64,000 nt of DNA from Bacillota bacterium (GCA_023389255.1 JAEWER010000037.1:65833-129832), one strand, 5' to 3'; counted from the stretch's first letter, positions 26,241-35,436 are shown. The notes: generated from the letters alone by a model not told the origin. Translations and numbers: made by a program.

Positions 26241-28472
26241 TTAAACAAATGCGGCAAAAACTTGATTGGCAAGATCTAGCCCATCAGGCTTACTCAGTCG
26301 CAAATTATTGCCATCCTGTATGAGCAAATCTCTCTGTACTAATTCTTGAATTTCACTGTGATAGTAAAGTAAAGGCGATATACCAAATCTATTAGTAAAT
26401 GCTTGACAATCTATACCGGCACAACGCCTGAGCCCCAACCACATATATTCTGAGGCACTATCTGCAGACTCTAAGCTATAGCTCTCTTGCAAAGACAGGG
26501 GATCTTCTATCCACGCTCTAATATTGTAATTATTTGTGCTACGCTCCTGGAAGATCAGACGTGAAGCTGCTGGACCTACTGCTAGATAGGGCAATTGTTG
26601 CCAATAAACACTATTGTGTCGTGACATATAGCCATGTTTAGCCAAATTACTGATTTCATATAAAACAAAGCCCGACTCTTCGGCTCTCTTGATAATGTAG
26701 TGATACATTTCCCGCTCCGCTTCTTCGGTGGGTAAATGTAATTCATTAGCTTCATAGCGCTTAGCAAAGACAGTTCCTGGTTCAAGAGAGAGCGCATAAA
26801 ACGAGATGTGTTGAACCTCTAAACTGAGTAAATCTTCTAACGATTCTCTAACTTGAGCCAGTGTCTGACCTGGTAAGCCAATCATCAAATCACAACTAAT
26901 ATTGTTACATCCAGCATGTTTTAAGTACTGAATTGTTCTTAGAGCATCTGAATGACGGTGAATTCTGCCCAAGCTCGCCAGCATTTCATCTTGACATGCC
27001 TGATAACCCAATGATGCTCGATTAAAGCCTAGATCCCCTGCACTAAACAATTCACGTGCCTCTTTTTCGCTTAGAGTAGCCGGATTGATTTCTAGCGTAA
27101 TTTCGGCATTTTCAGCTATACCAAAAAGCTCATCTATTCTTTGCAAGATTTTGCGTAGCATCTTCGCTGGTAATACCGACGGTGTGCCACCACCAAAATA
27201 GACCGTTTCTAACTTGGGAATTTCTGTTATACCCTGCTCCGAGCACTGCTTTTGATATAACAAGTATCTTTGCTCTAGTTCTTTTAGGAGCACCTCACAA
27301 TAAGTAGCAAAGCTGTCTGCTTGTGGCATCTGCGAAACAAATCCACAGTAATGGCACTTGCAGTTGCAGTACGGAACATGAACATACAGAGATGTAGCTG
27401 GCAAGTAGGCATCTTTGTCGTAGGGTATCTGCAATAAACTCTTAGGAAAATCAAGCGGATAAGGAGTGGTTATAATCCTCTCTTCTCCCGTGAATGGGTC
27501 CTGAAACTGTAGCTGATAGCAGTGTAAAAGATGTCTTTGCTCAGCTTCTTCACTGCCATCAGCAACTCTGTTAACGATTGCTTGCCCTGTGGCACTCTGC
27601 TCTATAATTTTTTGGTATAAACACTCTGCTTGCTCTTGTTTTTTGGGCATTACTCGGCTACACGGATATTCACTATAATCTCTATCCCAATCAAGACGCA
27701 TAAAGCGTGGCTTAGGTCTCTGTTCTGCCTTATTCAGGAACTGGTACCCGTAAAGATAATCACCCACTAAGGGATGTCCCAACCACAACATATGCACACG
27801 AATTTGATGTGTTCTACCAGTCAGCAGCTCCAATTCCACCAGTGATTGATTTAATTCTTTGTCATAGCTGATTCTGCGATAGCGTGTGCGAGCTACTTTC
27901 CCTAAAGGATGGACGATGCGTGTCATGTAGCTGAAGTCACTTCTACCGATTGGCGCATCAATTTCTTGCCAATCAGTATTAGCTACTCTTCCCCATACAA
28001 CAGCCAAATATAATTTGCGAATTTTCGTTTGACTTAGAAGATGATGGGCATAACCGTGTCGCGCTATCAAAACCAACCCACTTGTGTTGCGATCTAGTCG
28101 GCTAACTGGATGCAAAGATTGATCAGCCAGCATACTCGTTAAAGCTTTTTCACTGTGTCCGATCGTAGGATGAACTACTAATTCTGCAGGTTTTTGAACA
28201 ATGCAATAGTTGTCGTCTAAATAGCGAAAAGGAGCACCTGGTACGGCTGTTAATTCCGCCACTGGAATATTGGTACAAAAGGTTAAGCAATCGCCTGCTT
28301 GCACAATTTGCTTGAGCAAAATTGGCTTGCCGTTACACTGCAAACTCCCCTGCCTTTTAAGTTGCTTGATCAATCTAGTTGAAACTTTTGCTTGCTTGCG
28401 TAAAACAGAAGCCGCAGTTTGACCGGCGGCTTCTGGAGCAACAATTAGTTTAAATTCATTTGCCCGCATCAT
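26241..28472 (-). CDS. Fusion protein: N-terminal RluA/RluD-family pseudouridine synthase (S4-like plus catalytic domain, with an insertion of about 70 aa) and C-terminal HemW-like radical-SAM protein
   Basis: HPVSRLDRNTSGLVLIA and LLTGRTHQIRVH (pseudouridine synthase). After LHCYQLQFQDPFTGEE...PLDFPKSLL comes SLYVHVPYCNCKCHYCGF (CX3CX2C) and a HemN/HemW C-terminal domain. Single uninterrupted 743-aa ORF. Confidence 0.8.
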   Translation of the reverse strand: MMRANEFKLIVAPEAAGQTAASVLRKQAKVSTRLIKQLKRQGSLQCNGKPILLKQIVQAGDCLTFCTNIPVAELTAVPGAPFRYLDDNYCIVQKPAELVVHPTIGHSEKALTSMLADQSLHPVSRLDRNTSGLVLIARHGYAHHLLSQTKIRKLYLAVVWGRVANTDWQEIDAPIGRSDFSYMTRIVHPLGKVARTRYRRISYDKELNQSLVELELLTGRTHQIRVHMLWLGHPLVGDYLYGYQFLNKAEQRPKPRFMRLDWDRDYSEYPCSRVMPKKQEQAECLYQKIIEQSATGQAIVNRVADGSEEAEQRHLLHCYQLQFQDPFTGEERIITTPYPLDFPKSLLQIPYDKDAYLPATSLYVHVPYCNCKCHYCGFVSQMPQADSFATYCEVLLKELEQRYLLYQKQCSEQGITEIPKLETVYFGGGTPSVLPAKMLRKILQRIDELFGIAENAEITLEINPATLSEKEARELFSAGDLGFNRASLGYQACQDEMLASLGRIHRHSDALRTIQYLKHAGCNNISCDLMIGLPGQTLAQVRESLEDLLSLEVQHISFYALSLEPGTVFAKRYEANELHLPTEEAEREMYHYIIKRAEESGFVLYEISNLAKHGYMSRHNSVYWQQLPYLAVGPAASRLIFQERSTNNYNIRAWIEDPLSLQESYSLESADSASEYMWLGLRRCAGIDCQAFTNRFGISPLLYYHSEIQELVQRDLLIQDGNNLRLSKPDGLDLANQVFAAFV

Positions 28473-29947
28473 TTACGTACTTCGTAACCCACTGGTGCAA
28501 AACGTATGGACTGTTGCAATAAAAAGGCCACGTTATTGATGCGATTGATCAGGCGATCGTTAATCTCGGGATCATTTTTCTTATCTAACTGATCACTTGT
28601 TTGTGCATCACCAGTTGGAGCAGTGGCATCCGTACCGAAAGGATCTACCTGTTCAGCGCTGGTACTCGAAAAATAGTTTTGCAAAAAACTGGATGAATCT
28701 AGAGCAGATCCTTTAATGTTTCCTCCTACAGCGCTAAAGCCAGGGTCGGTACTCTCTCTTTTAAGGTCACTAACTTTATTGTTGTATTCGTAAGATTCTA
28801 AATAGACCACGGGGATTTTAGCCCGATCAAAGGGTGTATGATCGCTAACATTATTCGTCCATTCACGATAGATCGCTTTTTCGCCATCTTCAAAGAAAGG
28901 TACTTTTGAGGTGTTTTGGTTAGTATATAGCTCAAAATTATTGTTAGTTAACAAGCGATTTTGGTAATAGACTTCCAACATGTTGTAGAGAGGATCGCGC
29001 AAATTGTAGTCAATCTGCTCTCCTTTTTGTACTGATGACCAGCCTGAATGGGCATAGACTTTGTTGCCAGCGTAAATGCTATCCACATTGTACATACAAG
29101 CAATATGACCTTTATCGGCATCGCTTAACTGACTTAAATAGTGGCTAGCACCTGGTTGATTCTTAGCAGATCCTGCACCGAAAAAGACGAGCTTCGTGTC
29201 ATAAACAGGAGGTGTCTTTTGCACGTTGGCTGCTAAAACCAAAAGACTGGCAACACCAGACGCATTATCGTGGATACCGTCGGCTATATCTTCGACACCA
29301 TCAACTACTTCACCATGATTAGGTGTATCGTAGTGAGCGCCAATCACATTGAAATATTGTTCAACATCGGCAGGTAAAGTCGCCACTTCACGTTTTTTAT
29401 TGGCATGTAAAACATCGGTAGCCGCTTTTTGCATGCCCACACCTTTAATGGTCGCATTTAAATTTCGCGAAGTGTAGGTTTCTTCATTTACGGTAAATTG
29501 AAATTCTTGTCTTTCGACTTCATAACCTAATTCTTGTAGCTTGCTGAAGAGATAATCAGCAGCCTTTTTTTCCTGCTCGCTACCAGCAAAACGGTCGGGG
29601 TAGTTGGTCGCTAATTCCAACGCCCATTTTTTGCCTTGTTCGCCAAAATGTGCAGGCTTATCACTCTGCTCTTTCTTACTTTCTCCTTTGAGCAAGCGCT
29701 TTAGCCCCTGCAAAAAACCTTTGCCTTCTGTCGCTTCAGTCTGTACTTTTTTACTACCACTGGGGTCAGTTTGTGTGCTTGCTTGGGTGGTAGATGCGCT
29801 AACAGTACTGTTAACGGCGCTACTTGTAGTTTCATTTTTACTGCTCTTACCACAACCGACAAAGAGCAACATAACCATGCTCAGCACCAAAGCTAGGCTC
29901 GCTCGTTTCGGGGAATATGTAGCTGTAATTTGCTTTCTACTTTGCAT
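28469..29947 (-). CDS. Lipoprotein, M28-family Zn aminopeptidase-like
   Basis: Lipobox LLFVGC; GAHYDTP...HDNASGVASLLVLA (M28 metal-ligand pattern). ATGA overlap with the downstream gene. Confidence 0.65.
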   Translation of the reverse strand: MQSRKQITATYSPKRASLALVLSMVMLLFVGCGKSSKNETTSSAVNSTVSASTTQASTQTDPSGSKKVQTEATEGKGFLQGLKRLLKGESKKEQSDKPAHFGEQGKKWALELATNYPDRFAGSEQEKKAADYLFSKLQELGYEVERQEFQFTVNEETYTSRNLNATIKGVGMQKAATDVLHANKKREVATLPADVEQYFNVIGAHYDTPNHGEVVDGVEDIADGIHDNASGVASLLVLAANVQKTPPVYDTKLVFFGAGSAKNQPGASHYLSQLSDADKGHIACMYNVDSIYAGNKVYAHSGWSSVQKGEQIDYNLRDPLYNMLEVYYQNRLLTNNNFELYTNQNTSKVPFFEDGEKAIYREWTNNVSDHTPFDRAKIPVVYLESYEYNNKVSDLKRESTDPGFSAVGGNIKGSALDSSSFLQNYFSSTSAEQVDPFGTDATAPTGDAQTSDQLDKKNDPEINDRLINRINNVAFLLQQSIRFAPVGYEVRK

Positions 29948-29969
29948 ATTTATTCCTAACTCTCTTTGG

Positions 29970-30485
29970 CTAACGCCAAAAGCGTTTCACTTCTCTCTCC
30001 ACAAATTGGATTAAATAGGGCATACCTAGTTCAAAGAGTATTACTATTAATACGCCTCGTAGCAAGAGAACAGGCATCTGCAAAAAAGATAACCATCTCC
30101 AGCCAAACGCTTTAAGCCAAATTAAACCAATTACAAATTGTAACAAAATACCAATACCCACCCTCACAGGTAAAGCATTCTTCCTGTTCCAATAATCGGG
30201 TAGTGTCAAACCTATGAGTGGATAAAGACCAAAAAACAGGATGTATTGTAATTTGATCATATAAAAGGGCAAAATTAACAAAATTATTGATGTTGCGCCA
30301 TAACTTGCCCACGCATACCGCAAGCCAATTCGGCTATAGATCAAATACAGGCACACAACAGAAACGATATAAGCTATGAATCTTCCATAAAACAAGCCAG
30401 CCAAGCACAAAAACAACACTTGCATGGCAGTGAATACGCCGGCTCTAGCTAAATCTGTTTGTGGCATGCGGTAATTAAAATTCAT
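29970..30485 (-). CDS. Small polytopic membrane protein, uncharacterised (about 5 TM segments, no His)
   Basis: Hydrophobicity pattern only. Starts 7 nt after the J-like gene's stop. Confidence 0.5.
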   Translation of the reverse strand: MNFNYRMPQTDLARAGVFTAMQVLFLCLAGLFYGRFIAYIVSVVCLYLIYSRIGLRYAWASYGATSIILLILPFYMIKLQYILFFGLYPLIGLTLPDYWNRKNALPVRVGIGILLQFVIGLIWLKAFGWRWLSFLQMPVLLLRGVLIVILFELGMPYLIQFVEREVKRFWR

Positions 30486-30492
30486 GTTTCAC

Positions 30493-31071
30493 CTACATGC
30501 AGGAACAAAGGTCGCCACCACACATCTCACAGATTGAATCTAAGATGAATAGACGACATAGTGTACCGCAACAGGAAGTGCCCGAAGCTCCGCAACAACT
30601 GCCGAGAATACCACAAGGTACACAACAGCAATCCACACCGGCATTCGCATAGGGATTGCGTCTGTCTTGTCCTACGGGCTGACCACACATATCATATTGC
30701 TCGGTTGCCCGATATGCGCCATTGCTCTGCTGGTAAGAACTGCTCTGGGTCTGCTGCTGGTTATTGCCATTGTAGCCATTTTGTTGATAAGCCCTAGCAC
30801 TAGAAGTCCAATCACCATAAGCCCCTGCTTGGTAAGAGCTTTGTGTTTTCTGTGAGTTCTGTGCAGACTGAGAAGTAACTCTGGTATAAGTGTTGGAGTT
30901 AGTGATTTGATCGTATGCCCAATCAATCTCCGCTTCCATTTGTTTACGTTCCTCTGGCGTATATTGATTTTTAGCACTGTTTACAGACAACTTTGCCGCT
31001 AAGTAGGCTTCGTTTAGTTCTTCAATTGATGTTCCCAGTTTGACATGCAAAATTTGATATGGGTCTCGCAT
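30493..31071 (-). CDS. J-like domain protein lacking HPD, with a Gln/Asn/Ser-rich linker and a C-terminal cysteine string ending in CSCM
   Basis: N-terminus DPYQILHVKLGTSIEELNEAYLAAKLSV..., with NSAKNQY where HPD would be. C-terminus GVDCCCVPCGILGSCCGASGTSCCGTLCRLFILDSICEMCGGDLCSCM (15 Cys in the last 45 aa). AAGGAG RBS. Confidence 0.6.
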   Translation of the reverse strand: MRDPYQILHVKLGTSIEELNEAYLAAKLSVNSAKNQYTPEERKQMEAEIDWAYDQITNSNTYTRVTSQSAQNSQKTQSSYQAGAYGDWTSSARAYQQNGYNGNNQQQTQSSSYQQSNGAYRATEQYDMCGQPVGQDRRNPYANAGVDCCCVPCGILGSCCGASGTSCCGTLCRLFILDSICEMCGGDLCSCM

Positions 31072-31080
31072 CTTTTCTCC

Positions 31081-31112
31081 TTATCGATACGTTATCGATG
31101 CCTTATCGATAA
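31081..31112. repeat. Three copies of the palindrome-containing motif TTATCGAT(A) at exactly 11-bp spacing (starts 31081, 31092, 31103), abutting the SD of the J-like gene
   Basis: ttatcgatac-gttatcgatg-ccttatcgataa. The first copy overlaps the AAGGAG RBS (reverse complement of 31077-31082). A TATAAT-like -10 lies on the minus strand at 31140-31135. Confidence 0.85.
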
Positions 31113-31135
31113 ACTCCTACTGTCTCACTTTGTAA

Positions 31136-32044
31136 TTATAAGCGTTCGAGCTTCTTTTCTCCTAGAATTTGTTGACGCACTTGTGGAAGTCCACCAAACA
31201 ATATATTGGCAATAATATCACCATAGTTGCGCAACGGCAGCAAACGACAAAACTTTTGCAACTGGCTTTCACAAAAGCTCAATTCTCGTACAATTTGACG
31301 TTTGGCTTCACGCAGATCAATTTGCTTTTGACTTGCAAGCCACAGCAAGAGATTAAACTCCCCTTTTTGTTCATCCTTTTTGTAATCATCCAAGGCATCT
31401 AGTAAATATACCCAGCGCCCTAAATAAAAACCGAGATTCCACAAGGCTTCTGCCAAGTAAGCTGGCGCTTGTGCAAATAGTGGCAGTTGCAAGGTACCTT
31501 GTAACACTTCCCCTAACAGCGAACCAGAAAGGTGGCTCGGATCTTTGCGGTTATAATTTTCTGCTTGGGGCATAAAAACTAGATCAGCTGTTTGCGTTTC
31601 TAATTGATCTAATCGCTTTAACCCATCTGCTAACTGCTTAGCAATTTCTGGGTATTGCGCTTTAACTTTGTTATAAGCACGGGCGAAAACCAACTTTTCG
31701 CTTTTTCCTTTGAAGTGTGCACCGTCTGCGATATCGTCCTGTGCCTTATGAAAAGCAAACAACATAATCATATCTGCACAAAAATCGAGAATAGGATGAG
31801 CTTGCGCCATCGCTCTTTTTTGGATGGGATTTACAATGCAAGTTTCTTTTTCCAGTTCAATCTCTGTTTCGGTTAAACAAAGCAAAAGCAACGCAACAAA
31901 AGTGAAATCGTAATTGATTGCCAAGCGGGCTACCTGCCCATGTCTTCTGCCAATGCTTTTACATAAACCGCAGTAAATTGCACGGTAAAAATAGAATTCT
32001 TTGACTAACAGATCTGCTTTAAGTGGGCGTACATATCCAAACAT
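31136..32044 (-). CDS. DUF5685-like protein with phytoene/squalene-synthase-like Asp-rich motifs
   Basis: MFGYVRPLKADL...YCGLCKSIG is the DUF5685 N-terminal pattern as I recall it. FHKAQDDIADG (residues 103-107) and LDALDDYKKDEQKGEFNLL (219-232) resemble the two Asp-rich motifs of head-to-head isoprenoid synthases. Confidence 0.5.
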   Translation of the reverse strand: MFGYVRPLKADLLVKEFYFYRAIYCGLCKSIGRRHGQVARLAINYDFTFVALLLLCLTETEIELEKETCIVNPIQKRAMAQAHPILDFCADMIMLFAFHKAQDDIADGAHFKGKSEKLVFARAYNKVKAQYPEIAKQLADGLKRLDQLETQTADLVFMPQAENYNRKDPSHLSGSLLGEVLQGTLQLPLFAQAPAYLAEALWNLGFYLGRWVYLLDALDDYKKDEQKGEFNLLLWLASQKQIDLREAKRQIVRELSFCESQLQKFCRLLPLRNYGDIIANILFGGLPQVRQQILGEKKLERL

Positions 32045-32090
32045 AGGTCTATTGTATAATGTTAAACATTATTTATATAAGGAGATTCCC

Positions 32091-33650
32091 ATGGCACCAA
32101 CAACTGTCCGTACTCGTTTTGCTCCCAGCCCTACTGGCTTTATGCATATCGGTAATTTGCGTTCAGCTCTCTATGAATATTTAGTGGCTAAAAGTCAACA
32201 AGGTCAATTCGTTCTACGTTTAGAAGATACAGATCGTGAACGCTATGTAGCAGGCGCAGAACAAATTATCTACCAAACCCTAGCGACAGTTGGTCTCAAA
32301 CACGACGAAGGTCCTGATATCGGCGGACCTTATGCTCCCTACATCCAAAGTGAGCGCTTAAACCAGTATTTAAAACCAGCTCAGGAATTGATTGCTAAAG
32401 GTAGTGCTTACTATGTGTTCAATGAGCTCGCACCACAAAATGCTGATCAAACTGAATTGAGCGATACAGCAGATAAGGTGGCCAAGGATAAAGGGGCACG
32501 TGAATTCAACGAACAACCATTTCAAATTGCGCGTTTTGCCACAGATGATGCACCAGGTTATTTAGAAACTGCTTCAGGTGACTTTGTGGCACTGAGTGAG
32601 GAAGAAATTGCCCAGTTGCTACAAGAGGGAAAAAAGTACATTATCCGCCAACGCATGCCGCGCACTGGCGAAACCAGTTTTAGCGATGAAGTATTTGGCA
32701 CGATTACCGTGGAGAACAAAGAGCTAGAAGATCAGATTTTGCTCAAGAGCGACGGCTTCCCCACCTACAATTTCGCAAATGTCATCGATGATCATGCCAT
32801 GGAAATCACTCACGTGGTCAGAGGTTCTGAATATCTCTCTTCCACCCCTAAGTATAACTTGCTGTATGAGGCTTTAGGTTATCCGCTTCCCACTTACATC
32901 CACCTGCCTTTGATTTTGGGTACAGATGGTAAAAAACTATCTAAGCGCCATGGTGCAACTTCTTTTGCTGACTTGGTAGCGGAAGGTTACTTGCCAGAGG
33001 CAATCACCAACTACATTGCCTTCTTAGGCTGGGCACCTGGCGACGACACTAGAGAAATCTTCTCGCTTGCTGAATTAGAGCAAGTATTTTCTGCCAAAGG
33101 TATTGGTAAAGCACCTGCTGTTTTCGATTACGAAAAATTGCGTTGGTACAACGAGCAATATATTCGTCAGATGGACAAGGCATCTTTCATTGCTTACATT
33201 GAGCCTACTATCAAGCAGTTATTTGCTGATCAGTTTGTCGATTTAGACATATTAGCTGAAGTTTTACCGTCACGTTTAAGTAAATTAAGTGATCTAAAAG
33301 AGATGCTTACTTTTGCAACTACTCGTCAAGCTTTGAGCACTGAGATTTTTACCCACAAAAAAAGCAAGCTAACACCTGCTCTGAGCCAAAGAGTGTTAAA
33401 AGAAGTAGTTACCTATTTAGAAAATGAGCCAGACTTAGAGCGAGAAGAATTACATAATTTCTTGATGAGTTTAGGCGAGAAGCTAGAATTGAAGACAGGT
33501 CAAATCATGGGACCTGTACGTATCGGTTTAGCTAGACAGCAAGTAACACCTGGCGGTGCCACAGAATTGGTTCTTCTGCTGGGTCAAAAAGAAGCTACCG
33601 CTCGTCTGAGAGAGGCTTTAGACTTCTTAAACGCACTACCAGAGGCTTAG
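32091..33650 (+). CDS. gltX: Glutamyl-tRNA synthetase
   Basis: PSPTGFMHIGNLRSALY (HIGH) and KLSKRHG (KMSKS). AAGGAG RBS before the ATG at 32091. Confidence 0.95.
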   Translation: MAPTTVRTRFAPSPTGFMHIGNLRSALYEYLVAKSQQGQFVLRLEDTDRERYVAGAEQIIYQTLATVGLKHDEGPDIGGPYAPYIQSERLNQYLKPAQELIAKGSAYYVFNELAPQNADQTELSDTADKVAKDKGAREFNEQPFQIARFATDDAPGYLETASGDFVALSEEEIAQLLQEGKKYIIRQRMPRTGETSFSDEVFGTITVENKELEDQILLKSDGFPTYNFANVIDDHAMEITHVVRGSEYLSSTPKYNLLYEALGYPLPTYIHLPLILGTDGKKLSKRHGATSFADLVAEGYLPEAITNYIAFLGWAPGDDTREIFSLAELEQVFSAKGIGKAPAVFDYEKLRWYNEQYIRQMDKASFIAYIEPTIKQLFADQFVDLDILAEVLPSRLSKLSDLKEMLTFATTRQALSTEIFTHKKSKLTPALSQRVLKEVVTYLENEPDLEREELHNFLMSLGEKLELKTGQIMGPVRIGLARQQVTPGGATELVLLLGQKEATARLREALDFLNALPEA

Positions 33651-33674
33651 CAACAAAATTTTTGAGGAAATAAA

Positions 33675-35393
33675 ATGAAAGATCTACAACACACTACAAG
33701 CGAACAACCAGAAGTTACAAGCGAAGAGAGTAACTCTAATTTCATTCATACCTTTATCGAAGAAGATATTGCGCCAGAGGGACAATTCGCTGGTATGACT
33801 GTACATACAAGATTCCCACCAGAACCTAATGGCTACTTGCACATCGGGCATGCCAAGGCTGTTTGCATTGATTTTGGTACAGCACAAAAATATAACGGTC
33901 TCTGCAACTTGCGCATGGACGATACCAACCCCGATAAGGAAGACGTTTCCTTTGTCGAGGCAATCAAAGAAGATATCAAGTGGTTAGGCTTTGATTGGGA
34001 TGATCGTTTTTACTATGCATCAGACTATTTTGAAGACATGTACAACTTTGCTGTCGAGTTAATCGATAAAGGCTTAGCTTATGTTGATGAACTATCAGCA
34101 GAACAAATGCGTGAATATCGTGGCACGTTGACTGAGCCTGGCAAAGAGAGTCCGTATCGTAACCGCCCTGCAAGCGAGAGCAAAGAACTGTTCGCCAAAA
34201 TGCGAGCTGGTGAATTTGCCGACGGTAGCATGACCTTACGTGCCAAAATTGATATGTCTTCTGGCAACATGAATATGCGTGATCCTGTGATCTACCGAAT
34301 CAGCCACGACCATCACCACAGAACGGGTGATAAATGGTGCATCTACCCTATGTATGACTTTGCGCACCCCATCGAAGATGCGATAGAAGGCATTACTCAT
34401 TCGCTCTGTTCTTTGGAGTTTGAAGCACATCGTCCACTTTATAACTGGGTAATTGAAAATTGTAGTGTTCCTGCTAAACCGCGCCAAATTGAATTTGCAC
34501 GTCTGAATATTGATTACACGGTGATGAGCAAACGCAAACTGCGCAACCTCGTAGAAACTGGTGTCGTATCCGGTTGGGACGATCCCCGTATGCCAACCTT
34601 ATCTGGCTTGCGTAGACGTGGCTATACTCCTCAATCTATCCGCAACTTCTGCGATCGCATCGGCGTGTCTAAGGTCGATAGTACCGTGAGTTCAGACTTC
34701 TTGGAATTCTGTTTGCGCGAGGACTTAAACGATAACGCCTGGCGTGCCATGGCAGTAATCGATCCGTTAAAGCTAGTTATCACGAACTATCCTGCAGATA
34801 AAACGGAAGATTTAGTGGTAGAAAATTTCCCGGGTAAACCCGAGTTTGGTACTCATACCATCCCCTTTTCTAACGAATTGTGGATTGAGCGTTCAGATTT
34901 TGAGATTGATCCACCCAAGAAATATTTCCGCTTCTTCCCTGGCAACGAGGTTAGATTGCGTGGTGCTTACCTAGTCAAATGTACGGGCTACGATCTGGAT
35001 GAAAATGGTGAAGTCGCTTGTATTTATGGCGAATACGATCCAGCAAGCCGTGGTGGTTCCGCGCCTGACGGTCGCAAAGTTAAGGGTACAATTCACTGGG
35101 TTGATACTAAAACCGCATTAGATGGTGAATTACGTCTCTACGACAAATTATTTACTGTAGAAAATCCAGATGCCTCTGAACTCGATTACACTCAGTTAAT
35201 CAACGAAAACTCGCTGACTATCAAGCACGGCAAGCTGGAGCCTTGGCTGGGCGAACCAAATGAACAATGTGGTGGCAGATTCCAGTTCATGCGTCAAGGA
35301 TACTTTGTTGCCGATAGCAAAGACCATAGCGCAGAGCATCCTGTTTACAACAGAGCTGTGGGCTTAAGAGATAGCTTCAATAAGAAAAAGTAA
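33675..35393 (+). CDS. glnS: Glutaminyl-tRNA synthetase
   Basis: RFPPEPNGYLHIGHAKA (HIGH), VMSKRKL (KMSKS) and a C-terminal anticodon-binding beta-barrel region. Confidence 0.93.
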   Translation: MKDLQHTTSEQPEVTSEESNSNFIHTFIEEDIAPEGQFAGMTVHTRFPPEPNGYLHIGHAKAVCIDFGTAQKYNGLCNLRMDDTNPDKEDVSFVEAIKEDIKWLGFDWDDRFYYASDYFEDMYNFAVELIDKGLAYVDELSAEQMREYRGTLTEPGKESPYRNRPASESKELFAKMRAGEFADGSMTLRAKIDMSSGNMNMRDPVIYRISHDHHHRTGDKWCIYPMYDFAHPIEDAIEGITHSLCSLEFEAHRPLYNWVIENCSVPAKPRQIEFARLNIDYTVMSKRKLRNLVETGVVSGWDDPRMPTLSGLRRRGYTPQSIRNFCDRIGVSKVDSTVSSDFLEFCLREDLNDNAWRAMAVIDPLKLVITNYPADKTEDLVVENFPGKPEFGTHTIPFSNELWIERSDFEIDPPKKYFRFFPGNEVRLRGAYLVKCTGYDLDENGEVACIYGEYDPASRGGSAPDGRKVKGTIHWVDTKTALDGELRLYDKLFTVENPDASELDYTQLINENSLTIKHGKLEPWLGEPNEQCGGRFQFMRQGYFVADSKDHSAEHPVYNRAVGLRDSFNKKK

Positions 35394-35401
35394 CGACTAA
35401 A

Positions 35402-35436
35402 ACAGATGCTAATTCACCACTGGCATCTGTTTTTTA
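35402..35436 (+). terminator. Rho-independent terminator of gltX-glnS
   Basis: Stem ACAGATGC/GCATCTGT followed by UUUUUU. Confidence 0.75.
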
